This document shows, one piece after another, positions 20,228-29,410 of a stretch of DNA of 60,942 nt. This DNA is from a bacterium (GTDB taxonomy: Bacteria; Chloroflexota; Anaerolineae; Epilineales; Epilineaceae), in NCBI GenBank assembly GCA_003576755.1, contig QEVT01000003.1, positions 1-60,942 of the forward strand. Reading direction: 5' to 3'. The translations under genes were made by a program, and so were the position numbers. The notes under the pieces were generated by a model. It was not told the origin of the DNA. It made no database searches and was given only the letters and a program-made list of their open reading frames with translations. Position 1 is the stretch's first letter. Each line of letters begins with the position of its first letter.

Positions 20228-22057
20228 TCATTGTCGGGTGGTCTGCACAACCGCGGGCAGGTGCACCTTTTCCGTGAGCGTCGCGGGATCGACCACCACC
20301 ACCGCGATCGGCGGCGGGTCCGGATAGGCGCCGACGTTGCCCGCGGTGTCGCGGGCGCGGGCGCGGAACCGGTACGACTCACCCCATTCGCCGGTGAACA
20401 GCCGGCTCGTCTCCCGGCCGTTGGTCACCCAGTCGGTCCACGCACCGCCGACGCCCCGCTTGTACTGGACGTCGTAGCCGGTGACGCCGCCGCAGTTGTC
20501 CTGACCTTGCCAGCTCACCGTGAAGTCGCGCTTGCCGATCGGCAACGTGGACCGCATCGTCACCACCGGTGCGACCCCGTCGACGGTGGTCTGGGCTTCG
20601 AAGGCGCCGAACGGCTCGACGTTGCCCGCCTTGTCCTTGGCCGCCACCCGGAACTGATACTGGTTGCACTGCGCGGCCTGACCGAAGCGCACGCTGGTCT
20701 CCTTGATGCCGTAGCCGAGGAGCCCCCAGCTCGTGCCGCCGATGTTGTACTGCACCTCGTAGCTGTCGAGGCCGCTGTTGACCAGGCCGGGGTCGTTCGG
20801 CAGGTCCTGGGCGGTCCACCGAAGGTCGAACGGGCCCGGCACCCAGGCCGGCAGCGGGTTCATGGTGGCGATCGGAGCCGACCAGTCGACCAGCGTCGAC
20901 GCATCCGGCGCCTTGCCGGGCTGCACGTTGCCCGCCTGGTCGTACGGGTAGACGTTGAACTCGTAGAGATGGCCGTTCCTGCCGAAGTAGCTGCCGCCGA
21001 ATGTCTGGAGCTTGGCCCCGAGCACCTGGAACTGGCCGCCGTTGTCGCGCACGAAGGCCTGGAAGTAGTCGATGCCGGTATACGGCTCGGGATCGTCGCC
21101 CGCCCACGCCAGCCGGATGGTGACCTGGTTCGGGTTGCCGCCGTCGGGGGCGTTGATGTACTGCGGCAACGGGCTCATCGTGGCCACCGGCGGCTTGGTG
21201 TCGGTGGCGTGCTCGACCACGAGGTTGGGCTCGTTGGAGCCCTCCGACGAGTCGAAGCCGCGGAACGACCCGCCGGTCTCGTAACCCTGGAGGTAGATGC
21301 CGCCGTTGCACCAATGGTCCGGCCACCACTCGGCCAACCGCCAGCGCTGCACGAGCTCGGTCACGTCCCACTCGTAGGTGTCGCGGGTGGTGCCGATCTT
21401 GGTCCGGTCCAGATCGTCGTCGTCGTAGTCGGGAAACTTGTCCCACGTCGGGTCGTCCTCGTCCCACGCTTCCTTGCACCGCCGGTCCTTGTCGCGCGCC
21501 AGCTTCACCCGCCGGATGACGATGTCGCGCCCGGGGTCGCCGGTGGGCCCGGCCTCGCGCAGGTACAGCTCGACGGCGGCGTCCTTCACCGCCTGGTTCT
21601 TGGGCAGCTCGCCGACGGCATCCCACCAGACAAGCCCGCGGGTGGCACCGTAGCTGGGGTGTTCACCGACGAAGATCCGGCTCTCGCCGCCATAGTGGCT
21701 GCCGCGGTTGCGGAACGACACGAACGTATCGCGTTCGCTCTCGATTCGCGACACCGCCATCGGCCCGTCGCCGGACAGCCCTGCGAAGCCCGGGAGCGCG
21801 AACCGTCGGGCCGCGCCACCCGCAGCGCCGGCTGCGTCATGGGGCCGGCTGGCCTGCGGCCGGCCGTCGCCACGCGTCGCGGGCGATGGATCCGCGACGA
21901 ACGACCCAGCGGGGGCCGGCACGCTGTCCTCGATGGCCAGCGGGGCCGTGCCCTCGTCCGCCCGAACCACCGTCGGCGCGGTCCGCATCCCCCCCCACGC
22001 GCTCGCCATCCCCGTCAGCCCGACGGCCAGCGCCATCGTCGGTAGCACCCGTCGCAT
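20228..22057 (-). CDS. Secreted protein with DNRLRE/CBM96-like domain and three FN3-like repeats; C-terminal LP tag
   Basis: AGGAGG SD; signal peptide; 'DTFVS..A.VELY..WDVTELVQRW..FDSSEG..PNLVV'; repeats ending 'F..(A)KD.AGNV'; ends KVHLPAVV. Confidence 0.8.
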   Translation of the reverse strand: MRRVLPTMALAVGLTGMASAWGGMRTAPTVVRADEGTAPLAIEDSVPAPAGSFVADPSPATRGDGRPQASRPHDAAGAAGGAARRFALPGFAGLSGDGPMAVSRIESERDTFVSFRNRGSHYGGESRIFVGEHPSYGATRGLVWWDAVGELPKNQAVKDAAVELYLREAGPTGDPGRDIVIRRVKLARDKDRRCKEAWDEDDPTWDKFPDYDDDDLDRTKIGTTRDTYEWDVTELVQRWRLAEWWPDHWCNGGIYLQGYETGGSFRGFDSSEGSNEPNLVVEHATDTKPPVATMSPLPQYINAPDGGNPNQVTIRLAWAGDDPEPYTGIDYFQAFVRDNGGQFQVLGAKLQTFGGSYFGRNGHLYEFNVYPYDQAGNVQPGKAPDASTLVDWSAPIATMNPLPAWVPGPFDLRWTAQDLPNDPGLVNSGLDSYEVQYNIGGTSWGLLGYGIKETSVRFGQAAQCNQYQFRVAAKDKAGNVEPFGAFEAQTTVDGVAPVVTMRSTLPIGKRDFTVSWQGQDNCGGVTGYDVQYKRGVGGAWTDWVTNGRETSRLFTGEWGESYRFRARARDTAGNVGAYPDPPPIAVVVVDPATLTEKVHLPAVVQTTRQ

Positions 22058-22092
22058 ACGTCGCCTCCTCGTTGTCGGTGTGGTTGTCGACC

Positions 22093-23457
22093 TCAGTCGA
22101 GGCCCCAGGCCTTGAGCAGCGTCGGCAGATAGATGTGTCGCCGCCCGGGCGGCATCGTCGCCGTGGCCGTCGGCGTCGCGGTCGGTGGAACCTGGGATGC
22201 CGTCGGCGTGGCCTCGGCCGTCGCCGTCGGTGTCGCCGTCGCAGGCGCCGCGGTGCGGGTCGCGGTCGGCGACGGCCGGGCGGTGGCGGTTTCGGTGGGC
22301 GGCGCCCCGCCGAGCACCGTGATGTCGGGGTTCGGCAGGTCGCGCTGCCCGGGCGACCCGTCGCTGTAGACGACGTTGAGCGTGCTGAGGTCGGACACGG
22401 GATACGTCTCGTCGGCGTAGATCATCCGGGCATCGTACTCGATGGTCAAGCCGCCGGCCGGGATGGCGCCGAAGGCCCATTGCGGCTCGCGGATCGTCCC
22501 GCCGGTCGGCGGCGGCGAGGCGGTGCTGTCGAGGAACACGGCGCCCGAGTGCATCCGCTCGAAGACGTCCACCCGTGTGATCTTGATCGGCCGCAGGAGG
22601 CGGGTGATCAACATCGCCATGCGCGACTTCATGGTCGAATCGGCCGAGCAGGCGGTGACGGCTTCATCGCAAACCGGCCACGACCAGCGCCGCCCGGTGA
22701 TGCCGCCCCACTGCGTGCACTGCGCGTCGGTGTCGGCGCACACGCTCGACGCCTCGACGTAGTGCGTGTAGCGCGACTCGTACTGGCCGCGGCCGGTGGC
22801 GTCGTACCACAGCATGAACGCGAACTTGACGCCGGCGTTCTTGGCGGCCTGCGTGACCGTCGGCAGGTTGACCAGCGCGCCGTTGACGTCCGGGCCGGCG
22901 ACGACGATGATCACCATCTTCTCGTTGCCCGGGGTGCCGTCGTTGTCGAGCTTCTGCGTCGCGGTGCGGATGGCGGCCGAGAGCCCGCGGACGTCGTTTT
23001 CCTGCTCTTTGCGCATGGCCTGGATGGCAGCGAGCAGCCGGGTCCGATCGGCAGAGAGGTTGACCTTGACCGACTCCTCGGCCGCGTAGGTGATGAGGCC
23101 GGCCTTGCTGGTCGCGAAGTCCATCTGGTTGACGAAGTCGTTGAGGCCCGAGCGGGTGGCGCGGATCAGCTCGAGGTTCTCGAACATCGTGATGGAGTTG
23201 TCGACGACGAAGAACACGTCGGCCGCGCGCGACGCGCCGGCGCACGCGCCGGCATTGCCGCCGGCGACGGTGATCTTCACGCGGACCTTCTGGTCGACAT
23301 AGATCTGCGACGGCGACACGGTCCGATCGTAGGTCACGCCGCACGGCAGCGGCGGCGGCGCCTGGCCGGCGGCCGGTCGGGCAGGATCGGCCGCAAGGAT
23401 GACCGCCAGCCCAACGGCCGCCGCGACCACGGGAATCAGGCCCCAGCGTGAACGCAT
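22093..23457 (-). CDS. Secreted VWA-domain protein with P/T linker and C-terminal YLP tag
   Basis: Signal peptide; ADVFFVVDNSITM VWA strand; ends RHIYLPTLLK. Confidence 0.82.
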   Translation of the reverse strand: MRSRWGLIPVVAAAVGLAVILAADPARPAAGQAPPPLPCGVTYDRTVSPSQIYVDQKVRVKITVAGGNAGACAGASRAADVFFVVDNSITMFENLELIRATRSGLNDFVNQMDFATSKAGLITYAAEESVKVNLSADRTRLLAAIQAMRKEQENDVRGLSAAIRTATQKLDNDGTPGNEKMVIIVVAGPDVNGALVNLPTVTQAAKNAGVKFAFMLWYDATGRGQYESRYTHYVEASSVCADTDAQCTQWGGITGRRWSWPVCDEAVTACSADSTMKSRMAMLITRLLRPIKITRVDVFERMHSGAVFLDSTASPPPTGGTIREPQWAFGAIPAGGLTIEYDARMIYADETYPVSDLSTLNVVYSDGSPGQRDLPNPDITVLGGAPPTETATARPSPTATRTAAPATATPTATAEATPTASQVPPTATPTATATMPPGRRHIYLPTLLKAWGLD

Positions 23458-23566
23458 GTGCGCACCCCTTTCGGATGGCCGGTCGTCGGCCGGCCTCGGT
23501 TGATCAGCCCCTGGCGGGCACCGGCATGCCCGGACCGTCTTGCCGCCCGCGTCCGCCGAAAACGCG

Positions 23567-23594
23567 CACGGGGGGCGCACCTGCACCCCCCGTG
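23567..23594 (-). terminator. Hairpin between VWA genes (possible terminator)
   Basis: CACGGGGGG / CCCCCCGTG stem followed on minus strand by CGCGTTTT. Confidence 0.45.
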
Positions 23595-23664
23595 ACATCG
23601 CTCGAGGTCGCCATCGCGTCGCGATCACCATCCGCCGGGCAACCGCGGTCCGGGGCCGTCGGCC

Positions 23665-25062
23665 TTATCCCTGGAAGCCGCTGCCGTTCAGCAGCGCCGG
23701 CAGGAAGATCCCGGGCCGCGGCGTGGCCGTGGGCGGCGGGACGGCGGTCGGCGTGTCCGTCGGCGGCGGCACGTCGGTGGCCGTCGGCGTGTCGGTGGCC
23801 GCCGGGACCGGCGTGTCGGTCGGCGTCGGCGTCGGCGGGTCGGTCGGCGGCGCGGTGGGCGCGGTGGGCGTGGGGGTCTCGAGCGGCGGCGGCGCCGTCG
23901 GTGTCAGCGCCCGGATGAACGCGCCGCAGTCCTGCTGCTCACGGCCCTTCCGGTAGATGCAGACCTCGGGGTTGTCGAGGTAGATCTCGCTGAGGCTGTT
24001 GTCGGAGTACAGCATCGACAACCGCGCGTCGATGGACAACGGCTGGATCTCGGGTGCGAAGCCCGGCATCGTCACCACGTCGTACTCGATGGTGAACCCT
24101 CCCGGCGGCTTGCTCGACGTCGCGGAGTTCCACGTGATCTCGGACCCGAGGATGCTGGTGGGCTCTCTCGGCTGCCCGGAGCGGGTGACATACTCGAAAT
24201 AGCTCGACTGCAGGTAGTCGGAGTACTCGGAGTTCTTCGCCTGCTTGCCGCGCAGCACGGCGTCGGCGACGTCGCGGAAGATCTGCGGCAGGTCGGGGGC
24301 CTTGTCGCCCGAGCTGGCGTAGTAGCCGGCGCTGGCGCACGTCACCATCCGGCCCTGCGAGTCCTCGTGGCCGACCACCACCACCGGCACCTTGGCGCGG
24401 CGGGCGCGCTGGCAGCCCTCGTCGCGGGTCACCGGGGGCTCGGGGTTGCTGCCCGTGGTCTCCGGCGCCCCGCGGTCGAAGATGATGATGACGTTGTAGT
24501 CCTCGTCGGCCACGTTGGTCGGCAGGCGCCCGACGGCGTCGTTGATGGCCTGCCCGAAGCCGGCCGAGCCGCCGATCGGCTCGAGGCTGATCTGCTCGAT
24601 CTGGCGCAGGAGCTCGGTCTTGCCCTCGCGGCCGCCGCGCAGCGGCATGCGGATGGTGTACTGGTCACCGACCAGCACGAGGCTCCCCGTCGAGCCGTTC
24701 TCGAAGTCGACGACGTTGACGAACGACTTCAGGCCTTCCTTGAGGTTGCGCAGGAGGTCGGCACGCACCACGCCGCTCGAGCGCACCGTGGTCTCGACGA
24801 TGAGGATGAAGTTGATCCGCCGCGTCTTGCTGACGCAGTTGAAGTCGTAGTGCACCTTCACGTGGACCTTCGCGCCTTCTTCGACGACCCGCGGCGACAC
24901 CTCGCGCGTTCCCACGGGGTCGCATGGGACCAACGACTGCTGCGGGCCCGCCGGTGCGAGCGGCGCGGCACCGCCCGGCACGGCCGACAGGACCACGAAG
25001 GCGCACGCCACCGCCGCGGCGGCCATTCGCGTGCCGATCGAGCACCGAACAAATCGCGACAT
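23665..25062 (-). CDS. Secreted divergent VWA-domain protein with P/T linker and C-terminal FLP tag
   Basis: GAGGAGG SD; signal peptide; paralogous to 22093-23457 (FVN.VDF, PPGGFTIEYD vs PAGGLTIEYD); ends GIFLPALLNG. Confidence 0.8.
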   Translation of the reverse strand: MSRFVRCSIGTRMAAAAVACAFVVLSAVPGGAAPLAPAGPQQSLVPCDPVGTREVSPRVVEEGAKVHVKVHYDFNCVSKTRRINFILIVETTVRSSGVVRADLLRNLKEGLKSFVNVVDFENGSTGSLVLVGDQYTIRMPLRGGREGKTELLRQIEQISLEPIGGSAGFGQAINDAVGRLPTNVADEDYNVIIIFDRGAPETTGSNPEPPVTRDEGCQRARRAKVPVVVVGHEDSQGRMVTCASAGYYASSGDKAPDLPQIFRDVADAVLRGKQAKNSEYSDYLQSSYFEYVTRSGQPREPTSILGSEITWNSATSSKPPGGFTIEYDVVTMPGFAPEIQPLSIDARLSMLYSDNSLSEIYLDNPEVCIYRKGREQQDCGAFIRALTPTAPPPLETPTPTAPTAPPTDPPTPTPTDTPVPAATDTPTATDVPPPTDTPTAVPPPTATPRPGIFLPALLNGSGFQG

Positions 25063-25289
25063 GACAGACCACCTCCTCAGGAGTTCCTCGCTTGGCGGCG
25101 GCGCACCCACGACCGGGAACCGCCAGCAACCTCGGCAAGCCGCGCGATCGAACGCATCCCCACTGCCGGCTCGGCCGCGGACGACGTGGACAAAAGCGAC
25201 AAACCCGCCCGCGCCACCCTCTCGGGCCGACGATCCTTGGCAGAAAAAGGATACATCAATGCCCGGTGCGGCGCAATCCGCCAACCCAC

Positions 25290-27119
25290 CTACGGCGCCG
25301 CACACCCGGCCATGCGCGCGATATCGAGGTAGATGCCGCGGAGATCGGCCCCGTCGGGGCTGTGGAAGTACCGGCTCGGGGCCCCGGCCATGTCGCGCAG
25401 CACGGCCTCGTCCACCGTCTCGCCGAGACCGACGGCATAGAGCGTGATGCCGGCGTCGCGCGCCGCGGCGGCCGCACGGCGTGCGGCGGCCGGGTCGCCG
25501 GTGAGCCCGTCGGTCAGCACGACGATCACCGGGACGCTGGCGGCCGGCCGATCGGGCGCGCCCAGGAGCCCGCGCGCCACGTCCAGCCCGCGCTCGAGCC
25601 GGCTGCCGTAGCGCACGTGGTGGAAGAGGCGCGCCAGCGCGAGCTGCAGCGAAAGCCGGTCGCCGGACAGGGGTTGCAGCACGTCGGACCGGCTGCTGAC
25701 CGCGACGACGGCCGCCCGATCGGCGGGCAGGTCGAGGGCGTCGACGAACGCGCTCGCCGCGTCGAGCGCGAGCTGGAGCTTGACCTCGCCCGCCGCACCG
25801 GTCGCCAGCATGCTCGACGACGTGTCGAGCACCATGGCGACGTCGGCATGCCGGGTCGGCACGCAGTGCGACTTCCACAAGGCCGGCAGATACGCGGCGG
25901 CGGGGGGCGTGGGCGACGCGGTGGCGGTGGCGGTGGCGGTTGCCGGCGGGGTGGCCGTGGCCGTGGCCGACGGCGCCGGGGTGACGGAGGGGGTCGGCGT
26001 GACCGTCGGAGGTGTCACGCACGCGATCTCCGGCGCCGCGAAGGCGTAGGTCTGCGGGGCGCCGCGGTCGAACTGCAGCTCGACCGCGGCGGAAACATGG
26101 GCGGCATGTCGGCCGATGGCGCCGCACGTCACCTGGTACGTGATGGTCAGCCCGCCGGCCGGCCATACCGCGTAGCGCCACGCGAGGTCGTTGCCGCGGA
26201 CGCGCGGGGCCGGCACGCCCGAGCCCCACACGTAGCCCAGCGCGTCCGGCAGGCTGTCGGTCACCTGCGCGCCCGTCAGGTGGACGACCGTGAGGTTGGT
26301 CACGATCTCGCGCATGAGCGACGGGAACCGGTCGCCCAGCGTCTCGGCGAAGAAGAGGGCGGGCACGGAGGCCATGGCCTCGAGGAGCGTGAAGTTGGCC
26401 AGGCCGTTGGCGCCGACCGTGGCCACCAGGATCCCGGCATCCTTCGCCGCCTTCGCCTCGGCCAACACCACGTCGTCGGCCTGGTCGGCCGGGCCGGCCA
26501 CCCACACCACGAGCACGTCGGTCGCCGCCGGTGCGCCGGGCTGCTGGCGCGCCTGCTCGATCATCTGGCGCCCGGCGCGCACGCCCATCACCAGGTTGTG
26601 GCCCTGGCGCGGGAAGAAGCGGCGGCTGGCCTCGGCGATCGCCACCGGGTCGCGGGTAAGGCCCGTGAGGATCTCGGCCTGGGCGTGGAAGGCGATGACG
26701 CCGATCTCCGACCGCGACAGGTCGACGAGGTCGGGCAGGCCGGCGACGGCGCGCTTCAGCCCGTCCATCCGCAGCCCGCCCATGTCCACCGAGTTGTCGG
26801 CGACGACGACGAGGCGCAGCGGCGCCTGCGAGTGGGAGCAATCCGCCTGCACCGTGAGGGTGAGCTGTACCGGCGCGCCCAACGACACGGTCGCCGCCGA
26901 GGCGTGCTTGGCAGCGCGGACGGCGCAGCCGTCTTGGGCTCTCGCCAACGGCGACGGCGCGCGCGCGAGCACGACCATCGGCAGGGCGCCGAGCACGGCC
27001 GCTGCGAGCCCCGACCACAGCCACCGCCTCCGTGGGGAGGGGACGGCGGGGGGAAGGGCGCCGCCCCGCGGGCAGGCCGCGAGGTGCTTGAGGGCCGTGA
27101 GCGGTCGAAGGGGGCGCAT
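25290..27119 (-). CDS. Secreted double-VWA protein with internal YLP tag
   Basis: Signal peptide; VWA1 'VADNSVDM', P/T linker, AAYLPALWK, VWA2 with intact MIDAS 'LDTSSSM...LTDG'; TATACT -10 upstream. Confidence 0.82.
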   Translation of the reverse strand: MRPLRPLTALKHLAACPRGGALPPAVPSPRRRWLWSGLAAAVLGALPMVVLARAPSPLARAQDGCAVRAAKHASAATVSLGAPVQLTLTVQADCSHSQAPLRLVVVADNSVDMGGLRMDGLKRAVAGLPDLVDLSRSEIGVIAFHAQAEILTGLTRDPVAIAEASRRFFPRQGHNLVMGVRAGRQMIEQARQQPGAPAATDVLVVWVAGPADQADDVVLAEAKAAKDAGILVATVGANGLANFTLLEAMASVPALFFAETLGDRFPSLMREIVTNLTVVHLTGAQVTDSLPDALGYVWGSGVPAPRVRGNDLAWRYAVWPAGGLTITYQVTCGAIGRHAAHVSAAVELQFDRGAPQTYAFAAPEIACVTPPTVTPTPSVTPAPSATATATPPATATATATASPTPPAAAYLPALWKSHCVPTRHADVAMVLDTSSSMLATGAAGEVKLQLALDAASAFVDALDLPADRAAVVAVSSRSDVLQPLSGDRLSLQLALARLFHHVRYGSRLERGLDVARGLLGAPDRPAASVPVIVVLTDGLTGDPAAARRAAAAARDAGITLYAVGLGETVDEAVLRDMAGAPSRYFHSPDGADLRGIYLDIARMAGCAAP

Positions 27120-27204
27120 GGGTGTCGGCACCAGTATACGGTGGGGCGGAAGGCCGGTCAACGGCGATTCACCGCCGGTGCCGTTCGCGATCGTGACGGC
27201 GAAC

Positions 27205-27238
27205 GAAATGAGAAAGGCGCGTCCCGCTCGACGCGCCT
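27205..27238 (-). terminator. Intrinsic terminator
   Basis: Minus strand AGGCGCGTC-GAGCGG-GACGCGCCT followed by TTCTCATTT. Confidence 0.65.
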
Positions 27239-27380
27239 CCCTCTAACCCCTGCCCCTGTAGGGGTCGCCAAATGGCCAAATGTGCCAAGCCACCGGCTGC
27301 CCGGGGAGCGCGATGAGAGCGACGATGGAAACCCCCCTGCCGGCATATGGCCTGACATTACATTGAGACGCGCATGCCGG
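27205..27380 (-). ncRNA. Candidate structured ncRNA (6S-like size) or attenuated leader
   Basis: ORF-poor, lower-GC interval with TATCCT -10-like box at 27387-27392 (minus), nested long-range helices, and a terminal hairpin plus U-rich tract. Confidence 0.35.
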
Positions 27381-27520
27381 GCCGGAGGATACGGCCGACA
27401 TCGGCGCACGCCGCCCGCCGCCCATCGCTTGAAGCAGCCGGTCGACGGTGCTAGCATTGGCCCCGCCAGTCGGCGGGCGGTCCCTCGGGTCGCAGCCTGC
27501 GCGTCCGCCGATGCGCACGG

Positions 27521-27607
27521 GGAGAGGTCGCATAGCCCGGCTTATTGCGCGCGCCTGGAAAGCGCGTTTCCCGCAAGGGATCGCGGGTTCGAATCCCGCC
27601 CTCTCCG
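27521..27607 (+). tRNA. tRNA-Ser(GGA); CCA not encoded
   Basis: GGAGAGG/CCTCTCC acceptor, CGCGC-CT-GGA-AA-GCGCG anticodon arm, long variable arm, GGTTCGAATCCC. Confidence 0.94.
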
Positions 27608-27681
27608 CCTCTGACCCCGCGGCCTCCCCGGTCCGGTCGCCGTCTTGTCGTGACGTCTCGGCATCGGAGTCGCCGCCCATC

Positions 27682-28875
27682 TCACACCGTCCCGGGCGCG
27701 CCGTCTTCTTCGGCCGGCACCGTCACGTGGAACACGGTGCCCCCGCCCGGCCGGCTCTCGAACCAGAGGCGTCCCCCGTGTAGCTCGACCACCGCACGGG
27801 CGATATGGAGGCCGAGGCCGGTGCCGCCGACCTCGCGGCGGCGGGCCTCGCCGCCGCGAAAGAACCGGCGGAAGACGTGCTCGCGGTCGTCGGCCGGGAT
27901 GCCGATGCCGCGGTCCGCCACGGTCAGCTCGAGGAGCCCTGGTTCGGCAGCGCGCCGCAGGTCGACGTCGATGCGGGTGCCGTTCGGCGAGTACTTCTGC
28001 GCGTTGTCGACCACGTTGGCCATGGCCTGCACGATCCGCTCGGGATCGCACAGTGCGGCGGGCAGATCGGGTGCGCACGTCAGCACCAGCGACTGTCCGC
28101 GCTCGGCCAGGCGGGGGCGGATCTCGTCGGCGACCGACCGGAGCACGGCCGACATGTCCACCGGCTGCAGCTCGAGGTCGAGTCGGCCGGACTCGAGCCG
28201 CGCGAGGTCGAGGAACGTGTCGGTCAGCCGGATCAGCCGCTCCGCGCTTCCCTGCACCACGCGCAGCGCGCCGGCCTGGGCATCGCTGAGCGGTCCGTAC
28301 GCCCCGTCTGCGAGCAGCTCGAGGTAAGCCAGGATCGACGCCAGCGGCGAGCGCAGCTCGTGGGCGGCCACCGATACGAACAGCGTCTTCATCTCGGCCA
28401 TCCGGCGACCTTCGGCGTTGGCCGCCGCGAGCGCCAGGTTCTGGCGCGCCAGGTGGTCCTTGAGGAGCTGCAGCTCGTTGCGCTGCTGCTGGACGCGCTG
28501 CTCGCGGCGACCCCGCTGGGTGGCGTCCTCGACGACCACCAGGATACCGTTCGGCTCGCCCGCGGTGGTCGGCCACGCCAGCAGCGTGAGGTCGACGTAC
28601 GCGAGCCCCGCGGCATCGCCGTCGGGCACGGACGGCCGATTGACGAGGCTCAGCTGGTACCTCGGCAGGTCTCCGCGCATGATCTCGGCCAACACCGCCT
28701 CGCAGCCCGTCAGCTCGGGCACGACGTCGAGGAGACGGTCGCCCGCGACCGGCAGCTGCCGACCCGCGAAGGCAGAGAACCGACCGCCGCTGTCGGTCAC
28801 CCTGAGAGCGGCGTCGCCGACCACGTAACCCACGCCGCGCTCGGCCATGACCGCTTCGGCCACGTCGAGGCGCAT
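27682..28875 (-). CDS. Cytoplasmic PAS-like sensor histidine kinase
   Basis: H-box AAHELRSPL, N-box NVVDNAQKYS, G1 DRGIGI, F-box FRRFFR, G2 GGTGLGL; no TM helix. Confidence 0.93.
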   Translation of the reverse strand: MRLDVAEAVMAERGVGYVVGDAALRVTDSGGRFSAFAGRQLPVAGDRLLDVVPELTGCEAVLAEIMRGDLPRYQLSLVNRPSVPDGDAAGLAYVDLTLLAWPTTAGEPNGILVVVEDATQRGRREQRVQQQRNELQLLKDHLARQNLALAAANAEGRRMAEMKTLFVSVAAHELRSPLASILAYLELLADGAYGPLSDAQAGALRVVQGSAERLIRLTDTFLDLARLESGRLDLELQPVDMSAVLRSVADEIRPRLAERGQSLVLTCAPDLPAALCDPERIVQAMANVVDNAQKYSPNGTRIDVDLRRAAEPGLLELTVADRGIGIPADDREHVFRRFFRGGEARRREVGGTGLGLHIARAVVELHGGRLWFESRPGGGTVFHVTVPAEEDGAPGTV

Positions 28876-29406
28876 CTACCCCTCGCCTGCGAGGCGCTCC
28901 GCGAGGTTGCGGAACAGGTCCTCCACCGCGTCGCCGCGTTTGGCGCTCGTCGGCACGATCGGGGCGCCCAGCCGCGCCGCCATGGCATTGGCCTCGGCGA
29001 GCACGGTCGCCGGATCGGCCACGAGGTCGACCTTGTTGGCGGCGATGGCCAACGGGGCGGCAGGCGAGGTCTGCCGAATCTGCGCGGCGTAGGCCGGCAG
29101 GCGTTCCAGCGTCTCGGGCCGGCTCAGGTCGAACACCAGCAGCGCGCCGGCGGCCCCGCGCAGGTAGCTGGCGCGCACGGCGCCGAACTCCTCGCTGCCC
29201 GCCAGGTCCCACACGATGAGCGCCACCTCGACCACGCGGTCGGCCCGCGGCACCATCACCACCTTGCGGCTGACCTTGACGCCGATGGTGCTGATGTAGG
29301 TGTCGTCGAAACGGTCGTACACGAACCGGCGCGCGAGGCTCGTCTTGCCGACGGCGAAGTCGCCGAGGAGGCACACCTTGCGGCCGAGCACGAGCGGGGT
29401 GGTCAT
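28876..29406 (-). CDS. Rab-like small GTPase (prokaryotic Ras-superfamily, Rup-type)
   Basis: G1 GDFAVGKT, G2 YISTIG, G3 WDLAGSE, G4 NKVD, G5 TSAK; ~176 aa stand-alone. Confidence 0.92.
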   Translation of the reverse strand: MTTPLVLGRKVCLLGDFAVGKTSLARRFVYDRFDDTYISTIGVKVSRKVVMVPRADRVVEVALIVWDLAGSEEFGAVRASYLRGAAGALLVFDLSRPETLERLPAYAAQIRQTSPAAPLAIAANKVDLVADPATVLAEANAMAARLGAPIVPTSAKRGDAVEDLFRNLAERLAGEG

Positions 29407-29410
29407 GGGA

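Noticed and set aside
22140-26020. Repetitive GC-rich tracts that could be mistaken for CRISPR or VNTR arrays
   Set aside because: They are in-frame Pro/Thr/Ala linkers; no constant repeat with unique spacers and no cas genes in the window
27313-27366. 17-codon plus-strand ORF MRATMETPLPAYGLTLH with GGGGAG upstream
   Set aside because: Too short to support; lies antisense to the candidate ncRNA
20040-27680. Prophage or integrative element at the tRNA-Ser genes
   Set aside because: No integrase, phage genes or duplicated tRNA 3' end (att site) seen
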